A stretch of 64,000 nucleotides of DNA from Candidatus Uhrbacteria bacterium GW2011_GWE2_46_68 (GTDB taxonomy: Bacteria > Patescibacteriota > Patescibacteriia > UBA9934 > GWF2-40-263), in contig LCMS01000010.1 in NCBI GenBank assembly GCA_001002765.1, positions 123-64,122 of the forward strand. The letters run 5' to 3'. The notes below the pieces were generated by a model, which was not told the origin of the DNA, ran no database searches, and saw only the letters and a program-made list of their open reading frames with translations. Position 1 is the stretch's first letter, and every line of letters starts with the position of its first letter. The translations under genes and the position numbers were made by a program. Shown here piece by piece: positions 9,819 to 18,785 of this stretch.

Positions 9819-10281
9819 GCCATCTTTTGTTTATGAATATTTCCTCTCTCATCCGCCCCTCCTCTACAAACCCCAAAAACTTATACAAACATATCGCTCG
9901 TTTATTTGCATCCACAACTCCCAAGTTCACCTTGTGTAATTTGAGTGTGCAAAATGCATAATCCAAAAGCCAAATCAATGCTTGCTTCCCATATCCTTTT
10001 CCGCGATACGCATCCTCTCCGATTGCGATAAAAAGTTCCGCGTTCCTGTTCATCTTCTGGATATTCGATAAGCCCATAAAACCAATGGGTTCATCGTCCA
10101 CACAAAAAGTAAAAAACTTTTTTTGTGAATTCTTTTTATAAGCCTCAAACCATTTTCTTTCTTTGGCAAGAGTTGTTTTCTCCCCAGAACAATCTCCAAT
10201 ATACTGACTGACCTGTGGGTTATTGAGCCACTTTACGCGAAGAGGAATATCAGATGATTTGTGTGGACGTACCTGCAACAT
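9757..10281 (-). CDS. GNAT family N-acetyltransferase (RimJ/RimL-like)
   Basis: Acetyl-CoA binding motif region (FIAIGEDAYRGKGYGKQALIWLLDYAF). The ORF track extends to 10353, but that would overlap the tRNA. The Met at MLQVRPH (ATG at 10279-10281 minus) is the more plausible start. Confidence 0.65.
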   Translation of the reverse strand: MLQVRPHKSSDIPLRVKWLNNPQVSQYIGDCSGEKTTLAKERKWFEAYKKNSQKKFFTFCVDDEPIGFMGLSNIQKMNRNAELFIAIGEDAYRGKGYGKQALIWLLDYAFCTLKLHKVNLGVVDANKRAICLYKFLGFVEEGRMREEIFINKRWHDLFSMAIFQKNWKPPYVPF

Positions 10282-10325
10282 AGGGTATCTTCTCACGGGT
10301 GCACACACCGTAAATTTTAGATAGT

Positions 10326-10401
10326 TGGTCGGGCTGGCGGGACTCGAACCCACGGCCTCTGCGTCCCGAACGCAGCGCTCTACCTGCTGAGCTACAGCCC
10401 G
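10326..10401 (-). tRNA. tRNA-Pro: tRNA-Pro (anticodon CGG)
   Basis: The reverse complement reads CGGGCTGTAGCTCAGCAGGTAGAGCGCTGCGTTCGGGACGCAGAGGCCGTGGGTTCGAGTCCCGCCAGCCCGACCA. It has a 7-bp acceptor stem with a C1-G72 pair (typical of bacterial tRNA-Pro), a D-loop AGCTCAGCAGGTAGAGC, an anticodon stem-loop CTGCG-TTCGGGA-CGCAG (anticodon CGG), a T-arm GGTTCGAGTCC and an encoded CCA. Confidence 0.8.
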
Positions 10402-10646
10402 ATATAAAAAATTTTATTTTCTCCGGATGCCCCCCATCATATCCGTCCTCCTTTCAAAAATCAACGGAACCGATCAAATATTGTATACTGAAAATCTATG
10501 GAAGACTCTCTTCATGAGATCATTCTTGATCTCGAAAAAACCTATAAGACCAAACGACTGATCAATCTTTTACTTGTCTGGATCGTAGGGTGCGCCCTTG
10601 TGGGAATACTCTCGTTTATCTTCTTTCCTCTCCTCCTTTTCTCTCA

Positions 10647-11618
10647 TCAATAATCCAAACCTTCCCGCGCTTTCACTCCAGAATAAAAATAATGTTTTTT
10701 CATCTGCACATCAGAGACAAGATGTGCGACATCTAATAACGCGGTAGGGGCATGACGTCCGGTTAAAATAAGCTCGACTCCTTCGGGCTTATTTTTTATA
10801 AGCGATAGCACTTCCTCCATGGTTATCAACCCGAGCGCTATACAGCTATTAATCTCATCCAGTAATACCACATCACACTCGGACGCAAAAAAATCTTGTG
10901 CGGCCCTCAACCCTCTCTGCGCCTCTTCGTGATCTTTTGGAGTTAAAGAAAAATCAAATCGCCCTGTGGTCGCATCCACCCGATCGCGACCCGTCACCAC
11001 ATAGGAAATTCCCAAACGATCGAGAGAAAAACGTTCGCTGTAATGTGATCCTCCTTTATCAAAATACACGACCCCTGCTTTTTTCCCCGCCCCATAGGCA
11101 CGAATAATTTCTCCAAGCGCCGCCGTAGTCTTTCCTTTCCCTTCACCTGTAAAAATTTGCACAAGCCCATATCCTTGTCGCCCGGCGATACGATCATCTG
11201 CTTTTGGGATTCCGCTCATGCGACGATACACCTTCAAAACCTCTCGCACATTTTCTTTGATCTCCTCGGGATCCGCGTCTTTAGGATCATGCCAAAGATA
11301 TTGACCATGTTCCTCGCTTAACAAAACTTCAACGTCAAGAACCTTGATCGCATAAAAAACTCCAAACACGCAATGAGTTTCTTCATTTCTCTGAAAAGAC
11401 CAAAGATCAGTATGAATGATCTGCGCGGCCTGCGGATCTGTCACGAGACCGGTCTCCTCTGCAATCTCACGAGCCAATGTTTCCAAAGGGTGATCCCCCT
11501 CCTCCATTCTTCCTCCGGGCAACTCCCATTGATGCGCACCCTTATTTTCCATCAACAGCAAAATCTTTCCCAAAGGATTCACTAAAAGAACTTTTTGTGC
11601 GATAAACGCTTGGATCAT
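10647..11618 (-). CDS. cobO: NUDIX hydrolase domain fused to cob(I)yrinic acid a,c-diamide / cob(I)alamin adenosyltransferase (CobO/BtuR-type)
   Basis: N-terminal NUDIX box GGRMEEGDHPLETLAREIAEETGL. C-terminal P-loop GEGKGKTTAALGEIIRA plus the rest of the CobA/CobO-family adenosyltransferase fold (VVLLDEINSCIALG...TGRHAP). Confidence 0.7.
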   Translation of the reverse strand: MIQAFIAQKVLLVNPLGKILLLMENKGAHQWELPGGRMEEGDHPLETLAREIAEETGLVTDPQAAQIIHTDLWSFQRNEETHCVFGVFYAIKVLDVEVLLSEEHGQYLWHDPKDADPEEIKENVREVLKVYRRMSGIPKADDRIAGRQGYGLVQIFTGEGKGKTTAALGEIIRAYGAGKKAGVVYFDKGGSHYSERFSLDRLGISYVVTGRDRVDATTGRFDFSLTPKDHEEAQRGLRAAQDFFASECDVVLLDEINSCIALGLITMEEVLSLIKNKPEGVELILTGRHAPTALLDVAHLVSDVQMKKHYFYSGVKAREGLDY

Positions 11619-11622
11619 AGCG

Positions 11623-12375
11623 TTATTTTTTTACCGCATCCACAAGAATAAAATTTGAAGTGAATAGATATTCTTTATCTCCTAACGTCACCTTTTCCGG
11701 TGGAACGAATGCAACGGTAAAATTGGTTCGCTCATCTTTGAAAACTTCCTTCAAAAAACTCAAAGCTTCTTCCTGTGTATAATTCGGCTCGTTTTCCACA
11801 ATCCAAAGACTACCATCAGGATAAGTACGTTTAATGTCTGCTGCGAAATCCATAATGATACGCCCTCCAGATTTCAAAACACGTCTCATTTCCAAAAAAA
11901 TGATTTGAAACACCTGCCTTGGAAAAAGATGCATCGTACCCACAGAAAAGACTCCAACAAATTCGCCGTCCTCAAAAGGAAAAGGCTCAACCACATTCAT
12001 GGTCTTTGTGATGAGTTTGTTTTTGAGATGGTCAGGTGTGACACGAACCAGTTTTTGTAAAGCGCCTTCGTCAATATCCACAGCCACAACCTCATCAGCT
12101 TTTTCCAATAACACATGATTAAATCTCCCATCGCCGGCGCAGAGATTCAACCATTTGCCTCCCGTCTCCATGTGGTTTAGTAAATTTGTCGTAGCCAAAT
12201 CTTCCGTCCCCCAAACAGAAGAATGAGAAAGGTCGGCATACTCAATCTCATCAGTGTAGATATATTTCTTTTCATCAGCTTTCATAAACGAGAAAACCCC
12301 GAGAAATACTTCGGGGTTTTGTTTTTTTAAGTAAAAATTTAGCTGCACCCGCTTGTTGCTCCACAATTCAGACAT
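11623..12375 (-). CDS. class I SAM-dependent methyltransferase
   Basis: SAM-binding motif I (LNLCAGDGRFNHVLLEKADEVVAVDIDE). 250 aa. Located between the cobO-like gene and nrdJ on the same strand. Confidence 0.65.
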   Translation of the reverse strand: MSELWSNKRVQLNFYLKKQNPEVFLGVFSFMKADEKKYIYTDEIEYADLSHSSVWGTEDLATTNLLNHMETGGKWLNLCAGDGRFNHVLLEKADEVVAVDIDEGALQKLVRVTPDHLKNKLITKTMNVVEPFPFEDGEFVGVFSVGTMHLFPRQVFQIIFLEMRRVLKSGGRIIMDFAADIKRTYPDGSLWIVENEPNYTQEEALSFLKEVFKDERTNFTVAFVPPEKVTLGDKEYLFTSNFILVDAVKK

Positions 12376-15300
12376 TTATAGCATGAACCGTTTCGCACCA
12401 TGATTGATCCGCAGGTCATACAGGCAGGAGCATCGGATTGATTATCAAACGTGGAGGTAAGACCGGTTGTTGTTTTCTCCGACTGCGCAAATAACGTGGA
12501 TTGTGCTTCAGGACTTTCTTCCACCGCCACGGTCACGACCTGTGGCTTGTTCACGGGCTCAGCCATGATATTACTGTCAGTCGGGTCTTCGGTGACATGC
12601 ACGCCCACGGTCATCTGCACATCCCGAGGTAAAAATTTCATGGCCAACCAACGAAACAAATAATCAATAATGGATTTGGCGATTCGAATTTGTGGGTTAT
12701 TCGTATAGCCTGATGGCTCAAAACGCATATGCACAAATTTATTGACCAACACTTCCAGCGGCACCCCATATTGCAATCCGATCGAAACCGATGTGGCAAA
12801 ACAATCCATCAACCCTCGAATCACTGACCCTTGCTTGGACATCGTGATAAAAATTTCCCCCGGCGTCCCATCATCATAGAGCCCCACATTGATATAGCCC
12901 TCATGACTACCCACACTAAACTTATGCGTGATCGAACGGCGCTCATCGGGCAAGCGGCGACGGCGCGGTTTATCCACAATGGATGGGGTAACTTTTGGCA
13001 CTACGGAAATCACGGATGCCGTGGTTTTTTCCGCCTCTCTAATCCCCTCTTCTTTTTGTCGATCCTCGTTTACCTTTTTGGAATCTTTTTCTTTTGTCGT
13101 CGTCAACGCTTGTTGACGTTTAGATCCATCACGATATACCGCAATCGCTTTGATCCCCATTTTCCATCCTTCCATATACACTTTTCCGATATCCTCCGGA
13201 GTAGAGTCGTGCGGCAAATTGACGGTCTTGGAAATGGCTCCGGAAATAAACGGTTGTACAGCCGCCATCATGCGCAAATGCCCCATATAGTGAATTGTGC
13301 GCTTTCCGTTGACGGGTTTGAACGCGCAATCAAAGACGGACAAATGCTCTTCTTTGAGATGTGGTGCACCTTCGATCGTATCATTGGTATCAATGTAAGT
13401 CGTGATATCGCGTTGCTGTTCCTCGGTATATCCCAATCGCTGTAAAGCTTCTTTCACACAACGATTCACAATTTTCATCATGCCACCACCCACAAGCCAC
13501 TTATATTTAACAAGCGCAATGTCGGGCTCCACTCCGGTCGTATCGCAGTCCATCAAAAAAGCAATAGTGCCGGTGGGAGCCAAAACGGAAATTTGCGCAT
13601 TGCGCGATCCATGCACTTCTCCATCCTCGACAACTTTATTCCAAATGAGACAAGATTCTTTGAGCAAAGCGGGATCAATCCCCTTCTCTTGCAAATGACA
13701 CGCTTCGTCGCGATGCATGCGCATCACTTGCAAAAACGAATCGCGATTCTTTTTATATCCCGCAAACGCTCCGCGCTTTTCCGCAATCTTTGTCGATTGA
13801 TGATAACAATATCCGCTCAACAGTGCTGTGATCGCTGCGGCAAGATTGCGACCTTCTTGCGAATCATAAGCATATCCGTGACTCATCAAAAGCGCACCGA
13901 GATTTGCATACCCAATCCCCAAGGAACGATAATCATGACTGTTGCGTTCAATCGCAGGGGTTGGATAACTTGAATTTCCCACAATGATTTCCATGGCTGT
14001 AATAATAATGCGGCTCACATGCTCAAATGCCTTTACATCAAACTCCATGCGACCGTTCACCTCTTTGCGCAACTTCATGAGATTCAGCGAGGCGAGATTA
14101 CACGCTGTGTCGTTAAGGAACATATATTCACTGCAAGGATTGCTCGCATGAATGCGATCGGTTCCTTTGCAGGTATGCCACGTATTGATGGTTGTATCGT
14201 ATTGAATCCCGGGGTCTCCGCACTGCCAAGCCGCATCACACATTTTTTTCATGAGATCTTTAGCACGATAACGCAAACTTTCTTTCCCTCCCACGACTTC
14301 ATGAGTGACCCATTCGCGATCATCTTCCACTGCGCGCATAAACTCATCGGTCACACGTACAGAGTGATTGGCATTTTGAAAAAACACGGAACTGTAGGCG
14401 TTGCCATCAATCGAACCGTCATACCCGGCATCCATAAGCGCCCAAGCTTTTTTTTCTTCAATCGCTTTTGCCGTAATAAAATCTTCAATATCAGGATGAT
14501 CGATATTCAAAATAACCATCTTGGCCGCACGACGCGTTTTACCACCGCTTTTTATCACCCCGGCAAAAGCGTCAAACCCACGCATAAAAGAAACCGGACC
14601 TGAAGCGCGCCCGTTGCTCCCGCGCAAATATTCTTGTTTGGAACGTAAAATGGAAAGATTCACTCCAGCCCCAGATCCTCCTTTAAACAACATGCCTTCG
14701 GTCACACACAAATTCAAAATGGACCGCATGTCGTCTTGCACCGCATTGATAAAACACGCAGAACATTGCGGATACGAATTCACACCCACATTAAACCAAA
14801 CCGGAGAATTAAATGCGGCCATTTGATTGGTAAGAATATACAAAAGTTCGTGCTCATACACGTCCGCATCTTCCTTGGTTTGAAAATATCCGTCACAACG
14901 CCCCCATTTTGCAATCGTATTGGCAACACGGGTCATGAGTTGTTTGACCGAAGATTCGCGTTCCGACTCCCCCACTTTTCCACGAAAATATTTTGACACC
15001 ACGATATTGGTGGCAGACTGCGACCACGATGCCGGAACCTCCACGCCTTTTTGTTCAAACACGGCCTCTCCTTTTTCGTTTGTGATGCGCGCATCGCGAA
15101 TATCCCAAACCATTTCATCAAAAGGATGCACTCCTTGGCGGGTAAAAAATCTGGAAATCACAAGCCCATCTCCATACACCGGCTCACGTGTACCAATGGC
15201 CGCCAGACTCTCGTACATGGCATAGTGTCTGGCCACATGAGGAAGGTTGTGATCAATAAAAGTAAGAGTAATCACGTCGCGGATATCGGAAAAACACGGT

Positions 15301-15563
15301 GTCATATGCCCGTTAAACCGTCGCACCAGTCGACTCACGATTTGTTCCACCATTTCTTTGACACTGCGCTCGTCTTCAATACCCGCCTCCTTCATGGTTG
15401 CACGAATGGAACGGGAAAGTTTCTGGAGCTCAAAAGGCTCCTCGCGTCCGTCGCGTTTACGAATCATTTTGACAGATGTCAGATAATCCCAAACGGACTC
15501 AGTGACATCCCCGGCTTGGGTTTGCACTTCGGTCTCTGCGGAACGAAACGTTGTGTCAGACAT
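12339..15563 (-). CDS. nrdJ: adenosylcobalamin-dependent ribonucleoside-diphosphate/triphosphate reductase (class II RNR, NrdJ) with N-terminal ATP-cone
   Basis: 1111-aa ORF (track end 15674; the probable start is MSDTTFRS near 15563). ATP-cone (VKMIRKRDGREEPFELQKL), RNR catalytic barrel motifs (NPCSEY, thiyl-radical loop) and a C-terminal Zn-ribbon CMTCGS...CYKCLNCG. The large size and lack of a class I beta-subunit partner fit class II. Confidence 0.9.
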   Translation of the reverse strand: MSDTTFRSAETEVQTQAGDVTESVWDYLTSVKMIRKRDGREEPFELQKLSRSIRATMKEAGIEDERSVKEMVEQIVSRLVRRFNGHMTPCFSDIRDVITLTFIDHNLPHVARHYAMYESLAAIGTREPVYGDGLVISRFFTRQGVHPFDEMVWDIRDARITNEKGEAVFEQKGVEVPASWSQSATNIVVSKYFRGKVGESERESSVKQLMTRVANTIAKWGRCDGYFQTKEDADVYEHELLYILTNQMAAFNSPVWFNVGVNSYPQCSACFINAVQDDMRSILNLCVTEGMLFKGGSGAGVNLSILRSKQEYLRGSNGRASGPVSFMRGFDAFAGVIKSGGKTRRAAKMVILNIDHPDIEDFITAKAIEEKKAWALMDAGYDGSIDGNAYSSVFFQNANHSVRVTDEFMRAVEDDREWVTHEVVGGKESLRYRAKDLMKKMCDAAWQCGDPGIQYDTTINTWHTCKGTDRIHASNPCSEYMFLNDTACNLASLNLMKLRKEVNGRMEFDVKAFEHVSRIIITAMEIIVGNSSYPTPAIERNSHDYRSLGIGYANLGALLMSHGYAYDSQEGRNLAAAITALLSGYCYHQSTKIAEKRGAFAGYKKNRDSFLQVMRMHRDEACHLQEKGIDPALLKESCLIWNKVVEDGEVHGSRNAQISVLAPTGTIAFLMDCDTTGVEPDIALVKYKWLVGGGMMKIVNRCVKEALQRLGYTEEQQRDITTYIDTNDTIEGAPHLKEEHLSVFDCAFKPVNGKRTIHYMGHLRMMAAVQPFISGAISKTVNLPHDSTPEDIGKVYMEGWKMGIKAIAVYRDGSKRQQALTTTKEKDSKKVNEDRQKEEGIREAEKTTASVISVVPKVTPSIVDKPRRRRLPDERRSITHKFSVGSHEGYINVGLYDDGTPGEIFITMSKQGSVIRGLMDCFATSVSIGLQYGVPLEVLVNKFVHMRFEPSGYTNNPQIRIAKSIIDYLFRWLAMKFLPRDVQMTVGVHVTEDPTDSNIMAEPVNKPQVVTVAVEESPEAQSTLFAQSEKTTTGLTSTFDNQSDAPACMTCGSIMVRNGSCYKCLNCGATSGCS

Positions 15564-15864
15564 ACGGCGAGTACGAAAGAAAGAGTAAGAGATAAGAAAA
15601 GATCTTCGTGATTCTTCTTTTATCTCCCTCCCTTTGGAAGGTTGAAAAACTCCCCCTAAGACACGAAAAGACAATCCCCACGGATTATCTTTTTATGTCA
15701 TGAAGAAAGAAGGACGTCTTTCTTCTTTTCCTCCATCGAAGCGACAAACCACTCGTCCGTACGTTCTACCATATGTTGTGGTCTGCTCTTATTTTAGACC
15801 ACGACATATGGGGTGTCAAAAGAAAAACTTATCCACAGAATCGCACAAAAAACGACGCTCAAAA

Positions 15865-16512
15865 TCAAAACGGCATGGTGAGATTGATAACAGGTTGAGG
15901 GGCTATTTTTAAGGCAAAATCCACGGGAATCGCCTTTCTTTCTCCGCTCCTGTCCTCAAACGCGAGGGCTTGATACTTAAGTCCATACTCATACACCTCT
16001 TTGGTAACCCGCACATCGTCCAAACAGTATTGTTTGATCTTGTCCACTTCTCCCTGTTTCCACCACTCGATTGCCTGTAGGCCATGCCCTGTTTTTCGAT
16101 GCCCCACACTTGCGGCGGCTACATCATCCAGCTTGAGCCGAAACCCCAAGGCCTTTTGGATTTCCTCCAAAATATCGAGTTGTGGAAGCTTGAGGAGATC
16201 GCCTGCATAATAGTTATTCATGATAGGCAAATCAAAACTGCGAGAGTTATACCCGATCACTCGATCACAACGCTCCAACCGCGCCCAAAGGCGAGACAAT
16301 TCATGTTCCTCAAAGACCTCGAACGTATTGGTCTCGTAAAAATAAACGCCGACAACCGAGATTTTAAACTTTGTGTAGTCATTCTCGACGTCGGCAAAAC
16401 TATTTTGCGTTTCAATGTCCAATACCACTTCGTGCTTCATACGCGGCACAGTATAACGCAAGGAAGCGATTGGATCAAAATCAAATCTCCACAACAAAAC
16501 GCGAACCCGCAT
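15865..16512 (-). CDS. DEDD-family (DnaQ-like / RNase H-fold) 3'-5' exonuclease
   Basis: Exo I LDIETQN, Exo II GYNSRSFDLP and Exo III YCLDDV motifs in the 215-aa ORF. Confidence 0.6.
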   Translation of the reverse strand: MRVRVLLWRFDFDPIASLRYTVPRMKHEVVLDIETQNSFADVENDYTKFKISVVGVYFYETNTFEVFEEHELSRLWARLERCDRVIGYNSRSFDLPIMNNYYAGDLLKLPQLDILEEIQKALGFRLKLDDVAAASVGHRKTGHGLQAIEWWKQGEVDKIKQYCLDDVRVTKEVYEYGLKYQALAFEDRSGERKAIPVDFALKIAPQPVINLTMPF

Positions 16513-17736
16513 CGGTCGAAACGTAATCCTCCGGATTGTCTACTCTTGTAACAATCCGCTTATCGGTGTGATCCCAAAAAATATTTGGAACACCTTTTGC
16601 CATAAGGGACATACACCCCGCTACATTCATTGCCAAGCTCTTTTGATATTCATACTCGTCCAAAGGTTTTCCTGTAACCTCAAGATGGGTCATGAAAGCC
16701 GTGATCCAATCCTCAAGCGTCATACCCGACTCACCAAAATAAGGAGAGCTGGGGTCTTGTCTGGAGGCTTCAAGAAAATCAATGTCATGCTGAGGTGCGT
16801 ATCTTCCCTCTCGATCAGGCCGTGGGTTCCCCCCCCCCGCACCATTCCGATCTTTTCTTTTGTAATACCGCAAAATCCCGGGGCATCATCGTGTGGAGCC
16901 TGGAGAAGAAGGACTCGCCAGCCGGAAGCGAGTTTCCCTTGATCTTGATCTTCGGCTTCAAGGATTTCTTTTTTTGTTTTTCCACCATGCCCGGGAACGT
17001 AAAAACCGGCAGACGTTGGATGATACACGACGTTATCTATAATCAAGTCATGATCTTTAAAAATAAAACGAAAATGAGTTAAGACAAAATCAGGATGTTT
17101 CTTTCTATATTCCACCAAAAACTCTTGCACCACAGAAACAAAAAAGCCTAATCCCGTGGCAAAAGGAACGAGGAGGAGCCGTGTGAATCCTTGATCTTGT
17201 TTGATTTCGAGTGTTTCGCGACGTTCGTACAATCGTTTGGCGATTTGCTCCAAAGTGGGCACGGGTCGGGAAAGATTTTTCATGTGATCCAAAAAACCTT
17301 CCTTATGTAAAAGTTCAATTTGATCCTCGTATTGTTCACGAAGATTGTAAAAATTCTCGGCATACTCGAGAGTCTCTGCCAGACTCAACTCTTCTTTTGC
17401 CGGTTCTTTGTGTTTCACGAGATATTCAAAACGCTCAAGAAGATCGGCAAGTCGTTCGAGATCTGGAGTGGAGAGTTTACTGGTCGCCTCACGGAGAGCG
17501 GCAGGTTTGGTAAGGGATTCTTTGGAAATCCCGTGAGCTTTTGTAAAATCAATGATCTCTTGCCGCAGAGTTTCAAAGTGTGCGCGATGTTGTTCGGGCA
17601 AAGAATCACGGACACTTGAAACCGAATCCATGATGGCTTCGCCAAGAATTTCCGAAGTGCGTTTGACCCCCACCTCCGCAGGGGTGGCAGAGGAAAAAGA
17701 TTCTGAAGTTGGTCGAAAAAAAGAAACCATATTCAA
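16481..17736 (-). pseudogene. member of the multi-copy paralogous family, split by a frameshift at a G10 homopolymer (minus strand)
   Basis: ORF 16720..17736 encodes the conserved N-terminal domain (EAIMDSVSSVRDSLPEQHRAHFETLRQEIIDFTKAHGI...). ORF 16481..16873 encodes the family C-terminus (DPSSPYFGESGMTLEDWITAFMTHLEVTGKPLD) in another frame. They overlap at a run of 10 C (16829-16838). Confidence 0.6.
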
Positions 17737-18785
17737 TTCGTTTGTCCTCCAAATATCTTTCCAGCTTCATTCCATAGCCCATCAAATCCATGAACCTTCA
17801 AATAATACCACCACTCCGCTCCCCACAAATACACCTCGGACACACCTATCTCTTCGGAAAAATGAACACGATCACGCAAGGCTTTCTCATCAAACAACCC
17901 ATACCATTCCTCAAGCGGCCGATCTCCCAATGACATCGTAAACCATGGCTCGGCTTGAAGCTCGGAAACAACGACCTGATCGGTCCAAAAAGAAGCTGCA
18001 AGCACACGCAGGCGATAAAACAAAGGAGAAATGGGATACACAAAATATCCTGTCGTATCACTCCAGGTGACTTGATAAAGAGAAAATCCCAGTACATCGC
18101 TCATGCGTGCAAGCGGCCACCAAAACTCTAATTCCCCGCTCACAGTCAATTGAATGGGATGATCATCTTGTGCGCGCACAAGAGCCAAAGTTTCTTGAAG
18201 ATTCTCAGAGTCAATCGTCGGACACACTCCATAATCAAAAAGTGGTTCATTTTCTACTTGCCAACGCACAAGAGCTGGAGAATTTTTATAACGTGTGATC
18301 GCTTGTTGCACATAGATGGAAAACGACTCCCAACGCTCATGGTCGGGAAGAGACAGCGCCCAAGATGGAATATGACATTCAGGCCAACGCGGAACTTTTT
18401 GACCAATGACAAGAGTAATCTTCATGTCATAATCCTCTGCGATCGCCAGAAGCGCATCCATTTCTTTCCAATCATACTGTCCCTCCTCTTGTTCAATGTG
18501 ATTCCAGTAGAGAGGTATGCGTGCAAATCGGACGTTTTCTTCCTTTGCAAGAGCGCTAAAAACTTCCTCTGGACTCAATCCAAGTTCTCGCGCATACGCG
18601 GAAGAAAAAGTGATGCCAAACTTTGGCAAAGGTTGGGGATGAAAAATCCACCACATCATTCCTCCGGCCAAAAGAAAAAAAAGCACCGCTCCTCCTATGA
18701 TCCAGAGATGTTTTTGAAAACGTTGGCAACAAAACATAGCAGGCCTTAAATCTCCTCTTTCTTTTCTCGTAAAAAGGCGAGCCAA
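17733..18785 (-). CDS. putative glycoside hydrolase (TIM-barrel, GH5/GH42-like)
   Basis: N-terminal TM anchor. QVENEP motif typical of the retaining GH clan A acid/base catalyst. 350 aa. Confidence 0.4.
   Translation of the reverse strand: MARLFTRKERGDLRPAMFCCQRFQKHLWIIGGAVLFFLLAGGMMWWIFHPQPLPKFGITFSSAYARELGLSPEEVFSALAKEENVRFARIPLYWNHIEQEEGQYDWKEMDALLAIAEDYDMKITLVIGQKVPRWPECHIPSWALSLPDHERWESFSIYVQQAITRYKNSPALVRWQVENEPLFDYGVCPTIDSENLQETLALVRAQDDHPIQLTVSGELEFWWPLARMSDVLGFSLYQVTWSDTTGYFVYPISPLFYRLRVLAASFWTDQVVVSELQAEPWFTMSLGDRPLEEWYGLFDEKALRDRVHFSEEIGVSEVYLWGAEWWYYLKVHGFDGLWNEAGKIFGGQTN

Noticed and set aside
10498-10653. 52-codon plus-strand ORF (MEDSLHEIILDLEKTYKTKRLINLLLVWIVGCALVGILSFIFFPLLLFSHQ) between tRNA-Pro and the cobO-like gene.
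   Set aside because: It is below the ORF-track threshold, has no clear RBS and overlaps the 3' end of the minus-strand gene. It is possibly a real small membrane protein, but unsupported.
12831-15611. Several 100-200-aa plus-strand ORFs inside the nrdJ region (12831-13445, 14019-14603, 15051-15611).
   Set aside because: They are antisense to a well-supported 1111-aa class II RNR gene. No motifs.
17552-17941. Recurrent plus-strand ORFs with nearly identical translations (MISCRRVSKCARCCSGKESRTLETESMMAS…). They occur at 17552, 24079, 39466, 40759 and 58030, alongside other repeated plus-strand ORFs opposite the family genes (e.g. 41022-41813, 56751-57284).
   Set aside because: They are antisense reading frames of the conserved 5' segments of the minus-strand paralog family. 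Their recurrence reflects nucleotide identity of the sense genes, not an independent gene.
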